Assembly: GCF_001194135.2 (NCBI RefSeq) | Contig: NC_068989.1 | Coordinates: forward strand, 3,273,890 to 3,337,889 | Length of the DNA: 64,000 nt | Direction: 5' to 3' | From: Octopus bimaculoides | Lineage: Eukaryota | In this document: positions 1 to 12,182 of the stretch, one piece after another | Layout of the letters: the number at the start of each line of letters is the position of its first letter | How positions within the stretch are numbered: the stretch's first letter is position 1 | The notes under the pieces: generated by a model | What the model was told of the DNA's origin: nothing | What the model saw: the letters and a program-made list of their open reading frames with translations, nothing else | Databases searched by the model: none | Translations under genes and position numbers: made by a program

Positions 1-57
<57 letters not shown>

Positions 58-129
58 ATATATGCATTCTTTTAGTTTTTCGGCCTAAATGCTGTGGCCA
101 TGCTGGGGTACTACCAGTACATATATATA

Positions 130-702
130 TGCTGCATCTGTAATAGAGTGGATGAAACCATTGTCCACATCACGAACGAATGTTCTAGACTTGTCCAAAA
201 CCACTACAAGTTGTGGCAACATGATCTGGTAGCAAAAGTGCTTCGTTGGAAACTATGCGAAAAGTGGAGTGGGGTAGAGAGAGGCAAGACGTGGTATGAG
301 CACAAACGACAGAGTGGCAGAGTAGGGGACTAGCAAAATCCTCTGGGATTTTCCAATCCAAACAGTTCAGGTGCTAGATCATAACTGACTGGACCTAGTG
401 GTGGTCAACAAGATGTACCACGTGCTATATAGTTAATGTTACATGTCCCTTTTGACCCACGAATAGTCACGAAGGAAGGCAAGAAAATGGATAAATACAA
501 CCGTCTTAAGTACGAAATAGTCCAGCTATGGAAAATCGAGAAGGTGAGTATAGTGCCAATTATCGTTGGGTCCTTGGGAACAATATCAGAAGGCATCAAG
601 AGGAATATAAAGGAAATTGGAATAGAGTGCCCAGTAGAACTGTTACAAAAGGTTTGCCTCTTTGGCAGGGCCGGAATAATCAGGAAAGTATTAGATAGCT
701 GA
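130..702 (+). mobile_element. 3' fragment of an RLE-type (R4/Dong-like) non-LTR retrotransposon: CCHC knuckle plus restriction-like endonuclease, frameshifted
   Basis: Translates across frames as CCICNRVDETIVHITNEC (CxxC...HxxxxC), QHDLVAKVLRWKLC, KILWDFPIQT, DLVVVNK, CPFDPRIVTKEGKKMDKYNRLKYEI...RKVLDS*. This is the typical C-terminus of RLE-bearing LINEs. Confidence 0.85.
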
Positions 703-710
703 AAAGAACA

Positions 711-1080
711 GATAGCATGGGAGGGATATTTATTTGGCCTTTATGGACCTAGAGAAAGCATATGATTGTGTGGATTGGGATGCAATGTGGCAGGTGTTGC
801 GGTTGTATGGAGTAGATGGTTGAGAACTGTTCAGAGTTTTTATAGAGAAAGTAGGGCGTACTTTAGGGTGGCTGGTGAAGTAAGTGAGTGGTTTGATGTG
901 AAGGTGGGGTTAAGACAGAGTTGTGTGATGTCTCCGTGGCTGTTAACTTAAATATGGATGGTGTGATGAGAGAGGTGAATGCTAGAACCTTTGGTAGGGG
1001 AGCTCAAATGGTAGAACATGGAGAGAAATGACAAGCGAAGCAGTTGTTGTTTGCTGACGATACAGCACTGGTGGCGGATC
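711..1080 (+). mobile_element. RTE-like LINE reverse transcriptase fragment (pseudogenic)
   Basis: AFMDLEKAYDCVDWDAMWQVLRLYG, FDVKVGLRQSCVMSPWL, QLLFADDTALVAD, with stops and frameshifts. Confidence 0.85.
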
Positions 1081-2014
1081 GACAAAATTGCCAAGTTAAA
1101 AATCATAGCCTTTTCATGTGATCGTCCGAGTTGTGGACCAATCCGCGTCGAGACATCACGTGATGCAACTTTCTAGAATCTTATAGATAGGCATGCTTTG
1201 GGCGCCAAATTTCAGTTTGTGAACGATCGTAGCTACGCGAATCACATTCACATTTTGTTGCATTTAACGTTCGTTCTAATGACTTCTTGCTCAGCCTATT
1301 AGACAACAGCTACAGTTTCCAATCATAAACCTAGAATGGTATTTTTTTCTGTCGTGGCATCTTATTTACAGAGCCTACTTTTAACCCACTATTTTGTAAT
1401 AACTACAGCATTGTCCTTTCAGGCTGTAAATATCGGGAAATATTTTATGCGATGAATAAAATTCTGTTAATTGTTCCCAAGTGTTGCGCATTGTGCATGA
1501 GACGCTGCCCGAAAGCAACTGACGTCTTTCTTTCTTTGACCATCGTAACATCGGTGACCGCAAGTCGTAACAAACACTTTGACAAATGTTTAATCGGATT
1601 TATTACATGATCCACCGCAGCAAGAAACGGCCTCATCCATCGTCTTCATTCAGCTAAACCGAAAACGGAGAGAGGGCCCTGGAAATTAAATAAACAATCA
1701 CACTGACAATGGGGCTCTAGCATGGCCGCAGCTTGCGGCTGAAACTAGTAAAAATGTGTGTGTATGTGCGTAACACTAAAGAAAGCATGCGCTCCAAGTT
1801 ACTATCAAGAGTAGACACACAGCTGAAATGATGTAATATAAAAAGTATTATATAACTTTTAAAACCGACAGAAATATAACGATATATTTTAACTTGTGAA
1901 CCTACAAAACTAAATGTATGTTAATCTAAAGGTTTAGCAAACCATTTTGACATCATCAAAACTTGACTGGTTTAAAGTTTTTTTTTTAATACTTTTATTA
2001 TATTTATATTATCT

Positions 2015-2250
2015 TATTGTTATATTTCGGGACGGACTTTTTTTTTTTTTTTGGCCAAATAAACACACGCCCAATATATTCGTTCTTCATTCGTTTATAA
2101 CAGTTCTTACGTCCATTGTCCATTGGCAAAAAAGAAAAAAAAATAAGAAAAAAGAAAGAAAGAAAGAAAAAGAATGACCGTCCCGAAATATAACAATATT
2201 TATTTCAACACACGGTTTCACATCAGGAATCTTGCAACACAAATCCATAA
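2015..2250. mobile_element. Short fold-back (MITE-like) element with 21-bp perfect inverted repeat plus shared terminal tail
   Basis: tattgttatatttcgggacgg (2015-2035) is the exact reverse complement of 2178-2198. It is followed by tcaacacac..cacat..gaatcttgcaa..caaatcc, also seen at about 21935-21980, 32785-32815 and (reversed) 61440-61480. Confidence 0.7.
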
Positions 2251-2303
2251 ATGTATATTATTTAATTATTTTTTTTCTGTAGTGAAACTGCCACATCTTG
2301 TTG

Positions 2304-2352
2304 CTCTCCAAGTACTTGAACTCCTTCACCAGTTCTAGACATTCCATCAACC
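2304..2352 (-). mobile_element. Possible tiny RT domain-7 remnant (LMECLELVKEFKYLES)
   Basis: Resembles the LINE RT motif LExVxEFKYLGS. It is only about 16 codons. Confidence 0.35.
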
Positions 2353-2499
2353 TTACCAACCCCCCACTACCTTCGTTTCCTCAACCTCCATCTTGTCTCT
2401 CCACTTCGGCTTTTCTTCCACCAGCTCTTTCTCTTCCTCCCACTCCCGCATTCATCGCTCAGGTTCCTCTTCCTTCTGTCATACTCTCCTTCCTTCCTT

Positions 2500-3009
2500 C
2501 TATTCATCCTTTTCCTTCGTTCTATTTTCAACTCGACCATTCCACTGGTGCACTACCGAACAATCCCACGTCCTGCTTCTGATCCTCCTCCTCCTCCACC
2601 TGTTTTCCATTTCTATCACCTCCTCCTCCTCTATTTCTTCTTCGTCATCTTTCCAGTTAACCTTCGTCGCCCCATTGTTTGAAAGCTCCGTTTCTTCTTC
2701 CCAATCGACCTCAGGAATCTCCCAGATAGTCTCCAATACAGAGGCAAACCTCACAGATTTACCACTTTTCAATCTGCACTTCCGACACAAACATAAGTCT
2801 AACAAGTCCCTTTTCCGTGACAGAATACTATTTGAAAAGATGGAGCCTTTGGCTTCGTTAGTTTTTCTTTCAGAACAACATATGAACCTGCAAAAAGAGC
2901 GGGACACAAGTTTTTTCTGATTCGGTTTCTCTCTTGCATCTGATGAAGACGACTCTTGCGATATTAACGGATACGGTTGGGTCGGTGACGAGGTCAACGG
3001 AAACGACAT
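2500..3009 (-). CDS. Orphan single-exon ORF, 169 aa from the first AUG (open back to 3120), with KSVRF motif and acidic tract
   Basis: MSFPLTSSPTQPYPL...SILSRKR...KSGKSVRFASVLETIWEIPEVDWEEETE...DDEEEIEEEE...KDE*. It lies in a CpG-richer unique region. No family recognised. Confidence 0.35.
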   Translation of the reverse strand: MSFPLTSSPTQPYPLISQESSSSDAREKPNQKKLVSRSFCRFICCSERKTNEAKGSIFSNSILSRKRDLLDLCLCRKCRLKSGKSVRFASVLETIWEIPEVDWEEETELSNNGATKVNWKDDEEEIEEEEVIEMENRWRRRRIRSRTWDCSVVHQWNGRVENRTKEKDE

Positions 3010-4334
3010 TTCTTTCTTTTTTCTGTTTTTGTTTTTGTTTTCCAAATTAAATGCGCGAATATAAAAATCTAACGAAAATAAACGAACACAATAGAAAGAT
3101 GAAGGAAAAGAAAGAAGCAATGGCGAAGTGACGTTGTCAATAAACTAAAATTCAGAGAAATTAGTGTTAAAACCAATTGGTAAATAAGTAATCAATCAAA
3201 TACATAATTATACAAAGATAGGCTCATTATGTTAATTAAAATAATCAAAGATTATTATTTAGATTAAAGAAGTAGATCAATAATTCACATAAATATCAAC
3301 CTGAGATCGATTTGCAGCAATTCCGACGACAACAGAATTGAAGTGAGCAAACTCTTCAAATTGTATTCATAGAATTGTTACGTCATAATCATTCATTTTT
3401 ATTTATATTATATTTGTAAAGGTTTTCCTGAAAAATGTTTCGTTTTTACACATTTCTGGGAACCGTTAATTGTTTTTTTTACGAATGAGAACAGCCATTT
3501 CATTATTTAACTCGCAAAAATATTTTAAAAATAAATCAGCTTTCTTAAAGGATTAATTACCAAAAAATTACTATACATGTCCGTTTTCTTGAATATTTAT
3601 AGTAAAGTTCACACACACACACTTTCCCATTCAGTCGTGTCCGACGATTGTTAATTGACCTCTCCACATCTGAAAAGTTTTTCAGTATAAAACTGTTCAG
3701 CAGCATAAGTTGGATGCTAGGTGATTAAATTCATTTGATACCTTAATGTGTGTGTGTGTGTGTGTGTAATAGTGTTGTGCAGTACAAAATGTTTGGCCAG
3801 ATAGGTATAAAGGGCTGCCCCCAACCTACTTGCTTGGCCTCCTATTTCTAGCTGTTCGTTACCATTGGCTAACTCTTGTAGTGTATTCAGAAGCAAACAG
3901 GTGTACTCGCATAAGTCTTCCCTGCCAGTATCCGACAGTACCAAGATTTTTGCTAGGGCTTCCCCTTAGGCTTTACACAAGCAATGGTTATCTTGTAGCC
4001 CCAGGCAAGCAATCTCGGAACAACATTGCACGCCAAACATAGAGTGCATTGGCGGATATGCTCTGCGCTTCTGGCGTGTTGGTGGGAAGAAAGAGACGGC
4101 AGAGGGAGAGGATACACAGGGACAGAAAATAAGATATTGCGATTAGCTTTGGTGCAAATTTCAACAGACTAAATTTCTGACAACCCCCTATTGCTTGAGG
4201 TTGGGACCTGTTGACTTATCACTGTCCGTCCCCTTCATAATGAAGATTGTTGAAGAACACGAAAACAACACAATAGCTCTTCAGTGTGTAGCTACCATTT
4301 AAGAATCTATCTGTACGTACACACACACATATGT

Positions 4335-4708
4335 ATGAAGTGGCTTTGTAGTAAGTAGCTTGTTTACCAACTACATGGTTCCGGGTTCAGTCCTAACGCG
4401 TGGTGCCTTGGGAAAGTGTCTTCTACTATAGCCTCGGGCCAACCAAAGCCTTGGGAGTGGATTTGGCAGATGGAAACTAAAAGAAGCCAATCGTATATAT
4501 ATATATGTTTGTGTGTCTGTTTGTCTCCCCAACATCGCTTGACCACCGACGCTGGTGTGTTTACGTCTCCGTAACTTAGCGGTTCGGCAAAAGAGACCAA
4601 TAGAATAAGTACTAGGTTTACAAAAGATAAATCTTGGGGTCGATTTGCTCGACTAAAGGCGGTGCTCCAGCATGGCTGCAGTCAAATGAATGAAACAAAT
4701 AAAAGAAT
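4335..4708 (+). mobile_element. tRNA-derived SINE family A (label mine), full length
   Basis: Head ...gtaagtagcttg..ggttccgggttcagtcc, body cttgggaaagtgtcttctactatagcc, internal (TA/TG)n, tail ccagcatggctgcagtcaaatga..aaaagaat. More than 15 copies occur in the window on both strands. Confidence 0.85.
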
Positions 4709-4734
4709 ATATATTAGTATATGTGTGTTTTTGA

Positions 4735-4890
4735 GGGCTTAGTGGTCAGGGTGTTGGACTCGTAATCGTAAGATTGTGATTTCGACTCGTGGACCGGGCG
4801 ATGGATTGTGTTTTTGAGTCAAACCCTTCTCATTTCACATTGCTCCAGTCCACTCAGCTGGCAAAAACGAGCAATCCTGTGACGGACCGA
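4735..4890 (+). mobile_element. tRNA-derived SINE family D/E 5' fragment
   Basis: ttagtggtcagggtgttggactc..gtgatttcgactc A/B-box-like head and ttgagtcaaaccct..tgctccagtccactcagct core shared with 38520-38700 and 55960-56045. Confidence 0.65.
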
Positions 4891-5031
4891 TGTAATAACG
4901 CCATGAAACCAGCCCTCATGAGCCTGGCATGGCTCGGAAAGGAAGCATATATATATATGTATGTATGTATATATATATATATATATATGATGTGTGTTTA
5001 CATGTGTACATGTATGCTCTCCATATATAAA

Positions 5032-5145
5032 GGCGGTGAGCTGGCAGAAACGTTAGCACGCCGGGCGAAATGCTTAGCGGTATTTCGTCTGCCGCTACGT
5101 TCTAAGTTCAAATTCGGCCGAGATCGACTTTGCCTTTCATCCTTT
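5032..5145 (+). mobile_element. SINE family B (label mine) 5' fragment
   Basis: ggcggtgagctggcagaaacgttagcacgccgggcgaaatgcttagcgg..aagttcaaattc, matching the copies at 58823-59215. Confidence 0.8.
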
Positions 5146-6713
5146 CGGGAATCGAACTCACGATCGTGAGCCGAATGCCCTAACCACTGAGCCACGCTTA
5201 TAACTACTTCTATTGACAACCCCCTAGATGCACAAGACTTTACAATCTTCAATGTCTCCTTATCATTGATAGCAAGTTAAAGCTGTTGGGGTGGGGCTCT
5301 TTATCTAGTTAAAGGGTGAAAGAACCATTTATAGGCTTCAGATAATAAAAATTCTAAGTTTCTGGGCAAGCATTCAGCACAAATGTGGGATACTGCCAAC
5401 TGTGATAAATGACAAACACATCTACATCGAATGGTGGAAGTTCCTCTTTTAATTGCTTAGTAATTCCATTGTGGATCCTATCGTTATATCGGCATCGTCG
5501 GTTCCTATAACCAGTGAATTTTTTATGAGGGGAGCTCAGGTGACAACTCGAGTTATTTCCCCCGTTCCCTGCGCTCGATCAAAGCTGAAAGGGTAACGAT
5601 AAAGTACTCGATAATCTTTTATTTGGAGTATCATGAAAGTGAAAGAGAAAATTCAACAATAACCGATAGTGCTGAAAATAGGGTGGAAAGTACTTGGTGG
5701 GGGGGAGAAGAAAAAGGGGAACTATTGTGAAAATGTCATGATCTGAGGTAAAATGCTAAATAACATTTTTCAAACTGTTACTTTCCCTGTTAAATGCTAG
5801 ATTCGAAATTTTCCTGCAAAATGCTTAGAAAAAGAATCTTAGATTCAGCATTAAAAATGCTAAATTAGCAACACTCCTGAATATCTTTTAAAACAGGTGG
5901 AGCCCATCCCTCTTACTCAGTTTCTTTTACCTGTTCTGGAAGAGAGAGAGAGAGAGAGCAAAAGAGTGTATGTGTGTGAAGGGCGGATGGGGAAGAGAGA
6001 GAGGTAGAGAGAGATATGTTTACACGCATGTATGTTCGTGTGCAGGCGTTTGTTTTAATCAATAGCGACCCTATGCGCAAGTGGACATAACTCTGATAGC
6101 TTACTGCGTAAATATAACTTCAAGGGAGGTAAGTCTCATCATACTAGCGATAACGAACACCTACACGCGGTTAACAGGGCTGCTAGAAATAGCAGCCAAA
6201 ATAATAACCAACTGCCTTAAAAGAAAAAAAGCAAGAAAAAAACTTGATTTTAATATGGCTACTTCTCTGAGAACTGGGGTGTTTAGAAAGTAGGTTTTGT
6301 TCGTACACACACTGAAGCAATCTGTAGATAACTTCTTAAGCCCCACATCTGGAATATACCTCTATGTGTGCGTGCGTGTGTGTGAATGAATGGATCTCTG
6401 TCAGTTCTGGTAATGAGTGTTCAAGTGTTCCATCACCAGGGTTTCCTGTTCATTGGTTTCATTTGCAACTAACAGAAAATTCCACAGACATATCATCGAC
6501 CCTTAACATAATCCTCAGGTGCAATTAGTGTAATGACTGTGCCCCATTAAATTACCGGTACAAGCCCTTCAACTGGCTTCCACACAGTTTCCATCTGTCC
6601 ATTTTCAAGCACAAGGCTTGGGTCAACTTAAAGGTAGAGTAAAAGATATCTATCTGCCTGAGGTGCTTTGTGGTGAAATTGAGCCCATGCTTGTCCATGA
6701 CATCGGTATGTAC

Positions 6714-6905
6714 ACACACACACACACACACAATTATACATGTACATGTATACGTACGTACATACTTACATACGTATGTGTATGCATACAGACATACGTA
6801 CATACATAGATATATACATACGTACGTGCACATATATACGTAAGTACGTACGCACATACGTATGTATGTGCGTACACACACATATACGTACACACACATA
6901 CATAC
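6714..6905. repeat. Compound alternating purine-pyrimidine repeat (CA/TA/TACG)
   Basis: Directly visible tacatacgtacgtacatac-type units. Confidence 0.85.
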
Positions 6906-7452
6906 ACAGTGACTTTCGACTCAACAGGTGTGACTGTCACTGACCGATTATCTTATCATCCAAAATGTTAAAGACGATGGCTGTCAGCAACACCTTTTGA
7001 TGCCGAAGTCAATAACAACTTGCACAGATTCTTGCCAAGGAGTCCCAGAGACAAGCAAGAAAAAGATTTCCATCTTTATAATGAGGCAGGTGTTATTCCA
7101 GAATTGCCTTCTCCGAGAAAGATGTCTAACTGAAAGCTAAGATCTTCTTACTTCCGGTTGTTGGATGGTCGTTGACTCTGCTGAGTTCATCCATCCTTTG
7201 ACGGATTTCGTTTTTCATCCTGCAGGCTGTCCAACGAAGGCCTCCTTCCTTACCAAGCAGACTTAGTAGGGTTGGTAGTCTAGTTGTAGAAGGCCTGACC
7301 ATGCCACAAGTTGTATTGGGCTACATGTTACCAGTAGCACCGAGACTGACCTGATACAGGTCATATACATATACACATACCTATGTAACACGTGTAATTC
7401 AGTTCGTATACACACACGCACATGTAAACATATTTGTAAATAGGTACAGACA

Positions 7453-7487
<35 letters not shown>

Positions 7488-8574
7488 GCACACACGCACA
7501 CATACATCTTTAAAAAAATGCGTTGAAGGTTATGAAAACAAAAACTGGAGAAATTATCGTTGTCGATGTGCCTTTCAGTGCATGCATTTGTGTGTATGTG
7601 TAGGTATATATTTACGGGGGTCTGTGTGTGTTTGCGTGTGTTTTTAGTGATTAAAAGAATGTATGTGTTAGCAAGTGACTTAGTATGTGTGTGCGTGTGT
7701 GTAAGCTTTTTTTTTTCTTAACTGGAAGAGGGCCAAATGTCTACGTGCCTTACTAACACTCTCTTCCTATGGTTTATATTTGAATAATGATTAGTAGTAG
7801 CTGTTGTGCATTGTCGTCTGGTCCATACCACACATTGTTCGATCTACGATTTAACCACACAACAAACAAAAGTGGTTAAAGAAGGTGGCAGACACAGCTT
7901 TCTTGCAATGACAACTTCATATGTTGGTTCCACCAAACTTCTTCATACCGAAAATTAAGAACATTCAAAGACAAGGATGAATTTGGAATCGAAAAGCAAA
8001 CGTCATATCTTAAAAAACTGGAGGAAAAACACACACATACACATATGTGCATAACTGTAGAAACATATGCATATCTGTCCGTATGTACGTACATGTGTAC
8101 GTACATATAGACAGATAATAAGTGTTGTACACAAATTTAAGTGTATGTTTATGTGTTAGTATCTAAACTTACATATGTGTACGTGCATTTCTGTGCATGT
8201 ACATGTGTGTGTATGTAATTATTTATGTATATTTGTTAACACCTGTTTGAGCACATGTATTTGCGTGTGTATATTCATGTTTGTGTGTGGCAAGGTGGAG
8301 GAATCTCCACCAGTAATATATATATTTATATGTATTTATGTAAACGTACATATATCTGTATATGTGAAAATACTTGTATATCAACGCTCAGCTGTTTTTG
8401 TGTACAAGAAAAAACATGTGTATCCCCCATTAAGATGAGTTTAAAATCTGTGGCTACACAAATGTAAACATGTATCCATCAGCCACCAATGAAAGGTTTA
8501 TTTTTGTATCAAATGCTTAAGCTTGTTTTTTTTACCTACGATGCCTGTGCTTAAAAAAAGCAAAATTCTTACAT

Positions 8575-10200
8575 CATCATCATCCTTTAACGTCCGTTTT
8601 TCCATACTGTCATGGGTTGGATGGTTTGACAGGAGCTGGGTAGCTGCCCAGGCACCGTGTTGGTTTTGGCATGGTTTCTACAGCTTGATGCCCTCCCAAA
8701 CACCAACCACTTTACAGAGTGTATTGGATACTCTTAAACAGCACCGGTACAGGTGCGTTTACGTGGCACCAACACCCACAAGACTGCACGATTAGGAACG
8801 CTCAGCTGGAGAGGGACATGGGCAATCATGCTTTTACTTAGCTTAACACGTCTTCTCAAGCACAATAAACTGCCCATAGTTTCGGTCCCCTGTCATCTGC
8901 TCTGTGAGACCCAATGTCTGAAGGTCCTTTCTCGCCACTTCTTCCTACATCTTCCCCTTCCACATGTTTCCTCCACAGTTACAGATCAGCACCTCTTTAT
9001 GCAATTGTTTTCATCCATACACACTACATGACCATACCAGCGCAACCCTCTCTCTTGCACATTACATCTGATGCCTTGTGTTCCCAGTTTTTCTCTCAAA
9101 TTCAGCAGAGCATGCTGGCTTCATTCCTTTCAAGGCGTTGCATGTCCTCAGTAATCACTGCCATGTAGCACGGCTGTTTGTACACACACATCGTACAGCC
9201 TGCCTTTCACTCTGAGGAAAAGGTCCTTCGTTACTAACGGAGGTAGTAGCTCTCTGAATTCCACCCAACCCATTCTTATTCTAACAGCTCTGCTTTCGGA
9301 ACAGCCTTCACCACTGCTAACTTGATCACTAAATAACAGAAACTGTCTACTACTTCTAAGGATCCCACTGGATGTATGAGGGAGTCTATTTTCTGGTGTT
9401 TAATGTACCTGCACATCAACCACATGTAAGGACTACTTTTTCTGTTAACCTTCCTGTGATACCACTGCACCTCTTCTGTTACCATAGCTTGTACTGGGTT
9501 ACAACTTATGAAATTCTTCCAATACCTTTTCAACATATCGAGCAGGGCCATCTCCTTGAAGGAATCTGTGATTTGTCTGTTTTCCTACTTACTAGGACTT
9601 TGGTCTTTGCTAAATTAACTCCAAGGCCNNNNNNNNNNCCAGACCTGAAATTTCTTCTCTAGTTCTGGTAATGATTCAGCAATAAGAACAAGGTCATCAG
9701 AGTAGAGGAGATCCCAAGGGAGCTTAAATTCTTGTTATAGCCTGGAGGACTATGATAAACAAGATGAGGCTGAGAACTGATCCCTGGTGGGTTGCTTCTT
9801 GTACACTAAATTCCTTGTTACACTCATTGGCAATTTTCACCTTACTGACAGGATTCCTGTAACTGATTTTTACAGCTCTCATCAACCACTTGTCTATCCC
9901 TAGTTTCCACGTTACCCACCAGATAAAGTGGCAAGGGACCTCGTCAAAGGATTTCTCCATGTCAACAAAAACCAAGTACAGAGGTTTGCTTTTGGCCAAG
10001 TACTTCCCCTGCAATTGTCTCACCAGGAAGACAGCATTAGAAGTGCTTCTTTCAGGCACAAAAGCAAACTGCATCTCATAAAGGCTAACTTTCTTCCTAA
10101 TTAATTGAACTATGGCCTTTTCTGTAACTTTCATCACCTGATCCAGCAATTTGATGCCTCTGTAATTATTTCTGCTTAAAGCATCACCTGTCTCTTTTGC
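8575..10200 (-). mobile_element. 5'-truncated, degraded RTE-clade LINE: RT C-terminal half, 3' UTR and (GAT)n tail
   Basis: MQFAFVPERSTSNAVFLVRQLQGKYLAKSKPLYLVFVDMEKSFD, HQGSVLSLILFIIVLQAIT, LYSDDL, LEVVDSFCYL. The 3' end (8575-8780) equals the abundant family C repeat. Confidence 0.9.
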
Positions 10201-10494
10201 TGAACCGCTAAGTTATGGGAACCCAAACACATCAACATCGGCTGTCAAGCGATGGAGGAGGGGAGCAAACACGACGGGATTCTTTCAATTTCCGTCTACC
10301 AAATCCACTCTCAAGGCTTTGGTCAGACCAGAGGTTATAGTAGAAGACATTTGCCCAAGGTGCCACACAGAACCATGTGGTTGGTAAGCAAGCTACTTAC
10401 CACATAGTCATGCCTGCGCCTATATTATGTCTTATTTTGTTTAACTGTATCATATTAGCTATTTCTGTTTTTACAAACAGTTTGAATGTATGTA

Positions 10495-10545
<51 letters not shown>

Positions 10546-10961
10546 AATAAATATGTATTGTTTATTCTTAAGTTACTTTTTTTTATTATTTCTGTCTTTA
10601 GAAAGTAATAAGTGTGTATATAGGAAGTATATATGTGTGTGTGCATATATAAATAGATGTGTGTATATATATTACATTTTACGTTATTATACTATTTCTT
10701 TCTTGGCTCTATGGTAGTTGGAATGTATGTGGGAGGTCCATACGTGGGCACGTATGGATGAATACGTGTGTGTGTGTGTGTGTGTATTCATGCATTTGTA
10801 ATAGAAACGGTGTGCATGCATAAACATATGCACTGCACAGTATGTGTGGGTTGTACTTTCATCCTAAAACATTGATATAAACACTGAAAATAGGGAGAAT
10901 AATAGTAAGACACTTGTATGTATGTACAGGTGGATGTGCATGTGTGAGTGTATATATATAT

Positions 10962-11105
10962 CATCATCATCATCGTTTAACGTCCGCTTTCCATGCTAGC
11001 ATGGGTTGGACGATTTGACTGAGGACTGGTGAAACCGGATGGCAACACCAGGCTCCAATCTAAATTTGGCAGAGTTTCTACAGCTGGATGCCCTTCCTAA
11101 CGCCA

Positions 11106-11163
<58 letters not shown>

Positions 11164-11305
11164 CTCCTTATCATCATCGTTGTCGTTTAATGTCCGCCAT
11201 CCATGCTGGCATGGGTGGAATGGTTTCACAAGAGCCGGCCAGGCAGAAGCCTGCACCAGACTTCTGTGACTGTATTGGCAGGACTTTTACAGCTGGATGC
11301 CCCTT
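10962..11305 (-). mobile_element. Two family C (RTE 3'-end) short copies separated by (TA)n
   Basis: catcatcatcgtttaacgtccgctttccatgctagcatggg...tttctacagctggatgcccttcctaa repeated twice on the + strand, i.e. the element reads on the minus strand. Confidence 0.8.
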
Positions 11306-11560
11306 AGTTCACAGGTGATCTAAATCTGTTATTGAATGTTGATATGTTTGCATCTTTTTTCTGGATGTTTACCATATCAGGACTTTAACTCACATGGATT
11401 GCACCTAAGGACTTATGAACTTATTTCTACGAGATCAGAAAGTTGAACTGTGAACTTTTATGCTTCTTTTTTCTTCTCTTTCTTCATCTCCTTATTCATT
11501 TACTCCTGCCCCTCTATGTCATCATTCCATCAATCTACACCCTTCTCAATTTCCCTATTT

Positions 11561-11616
11561 GTCTCCGCTGATGAAATATCCCATACCCTAGGATATCCCA
11601 GAAACAGCTGTAAGAC
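11561..11616 (+). ncRNA. Degenerate type-I hammerhead ribozyme motif in a Penelope-like 3' end
   Basis: gtct-ccg-CTGATGA-a-ATATCC..GGATAT-ccca-GAAA with palindromic ACAGCTGT, GUA triplet, then agac. Both helix junctions are imperfect. Confidence 0.55.
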
Positions 11617-12135
11617 TTTGGATTTTTTCCAACACTAATAACGTATATGATTTGAGATGTTTGCCTTGCCTTAACGTTCGTTGTCCTCTTTAATAATTAT
11701 ATAAATATTTTATATAGAGAGATTTGCTATATATATAGAGAGGTGTGGCATATATAGAGAGATATAGCATATATTGATATGATGTAATATAGCTATGTAG
11801 CATACATAGAGATATGGCATATATTAATGTCATACATATAGGAATAGGGTATATATTACTACGGTGTGTATAAATTTTAAACTGCATTTCCGACTAAACA
11901 CTCGCTCAATAATTAAGAATTAATGAGAAAAGGTTGCTGTATATGAATATCTTTTATTTTTTATTGCTTTTGATCATTGGACTGCGGTCAGACTAGAGCA
12001 CAACCCTGAGGGGTTGAGTTGAACAAATCGATGTCTAGTACTTATTCTATCAGTTTCTTTTGTCAAACTACTAAGTTACAGGGATGTAAATAAACCAACA
12101 CTCATTGTCAAGTGTTTGGATGCATAAGCACAAAG

Positions 12136-12182
<47 letters not shown>

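Noticed and set aside
2940-3010. CTGATGA...GAAAC inside the orphan ORF
   Set aside because: No convincing helix II, III or I.
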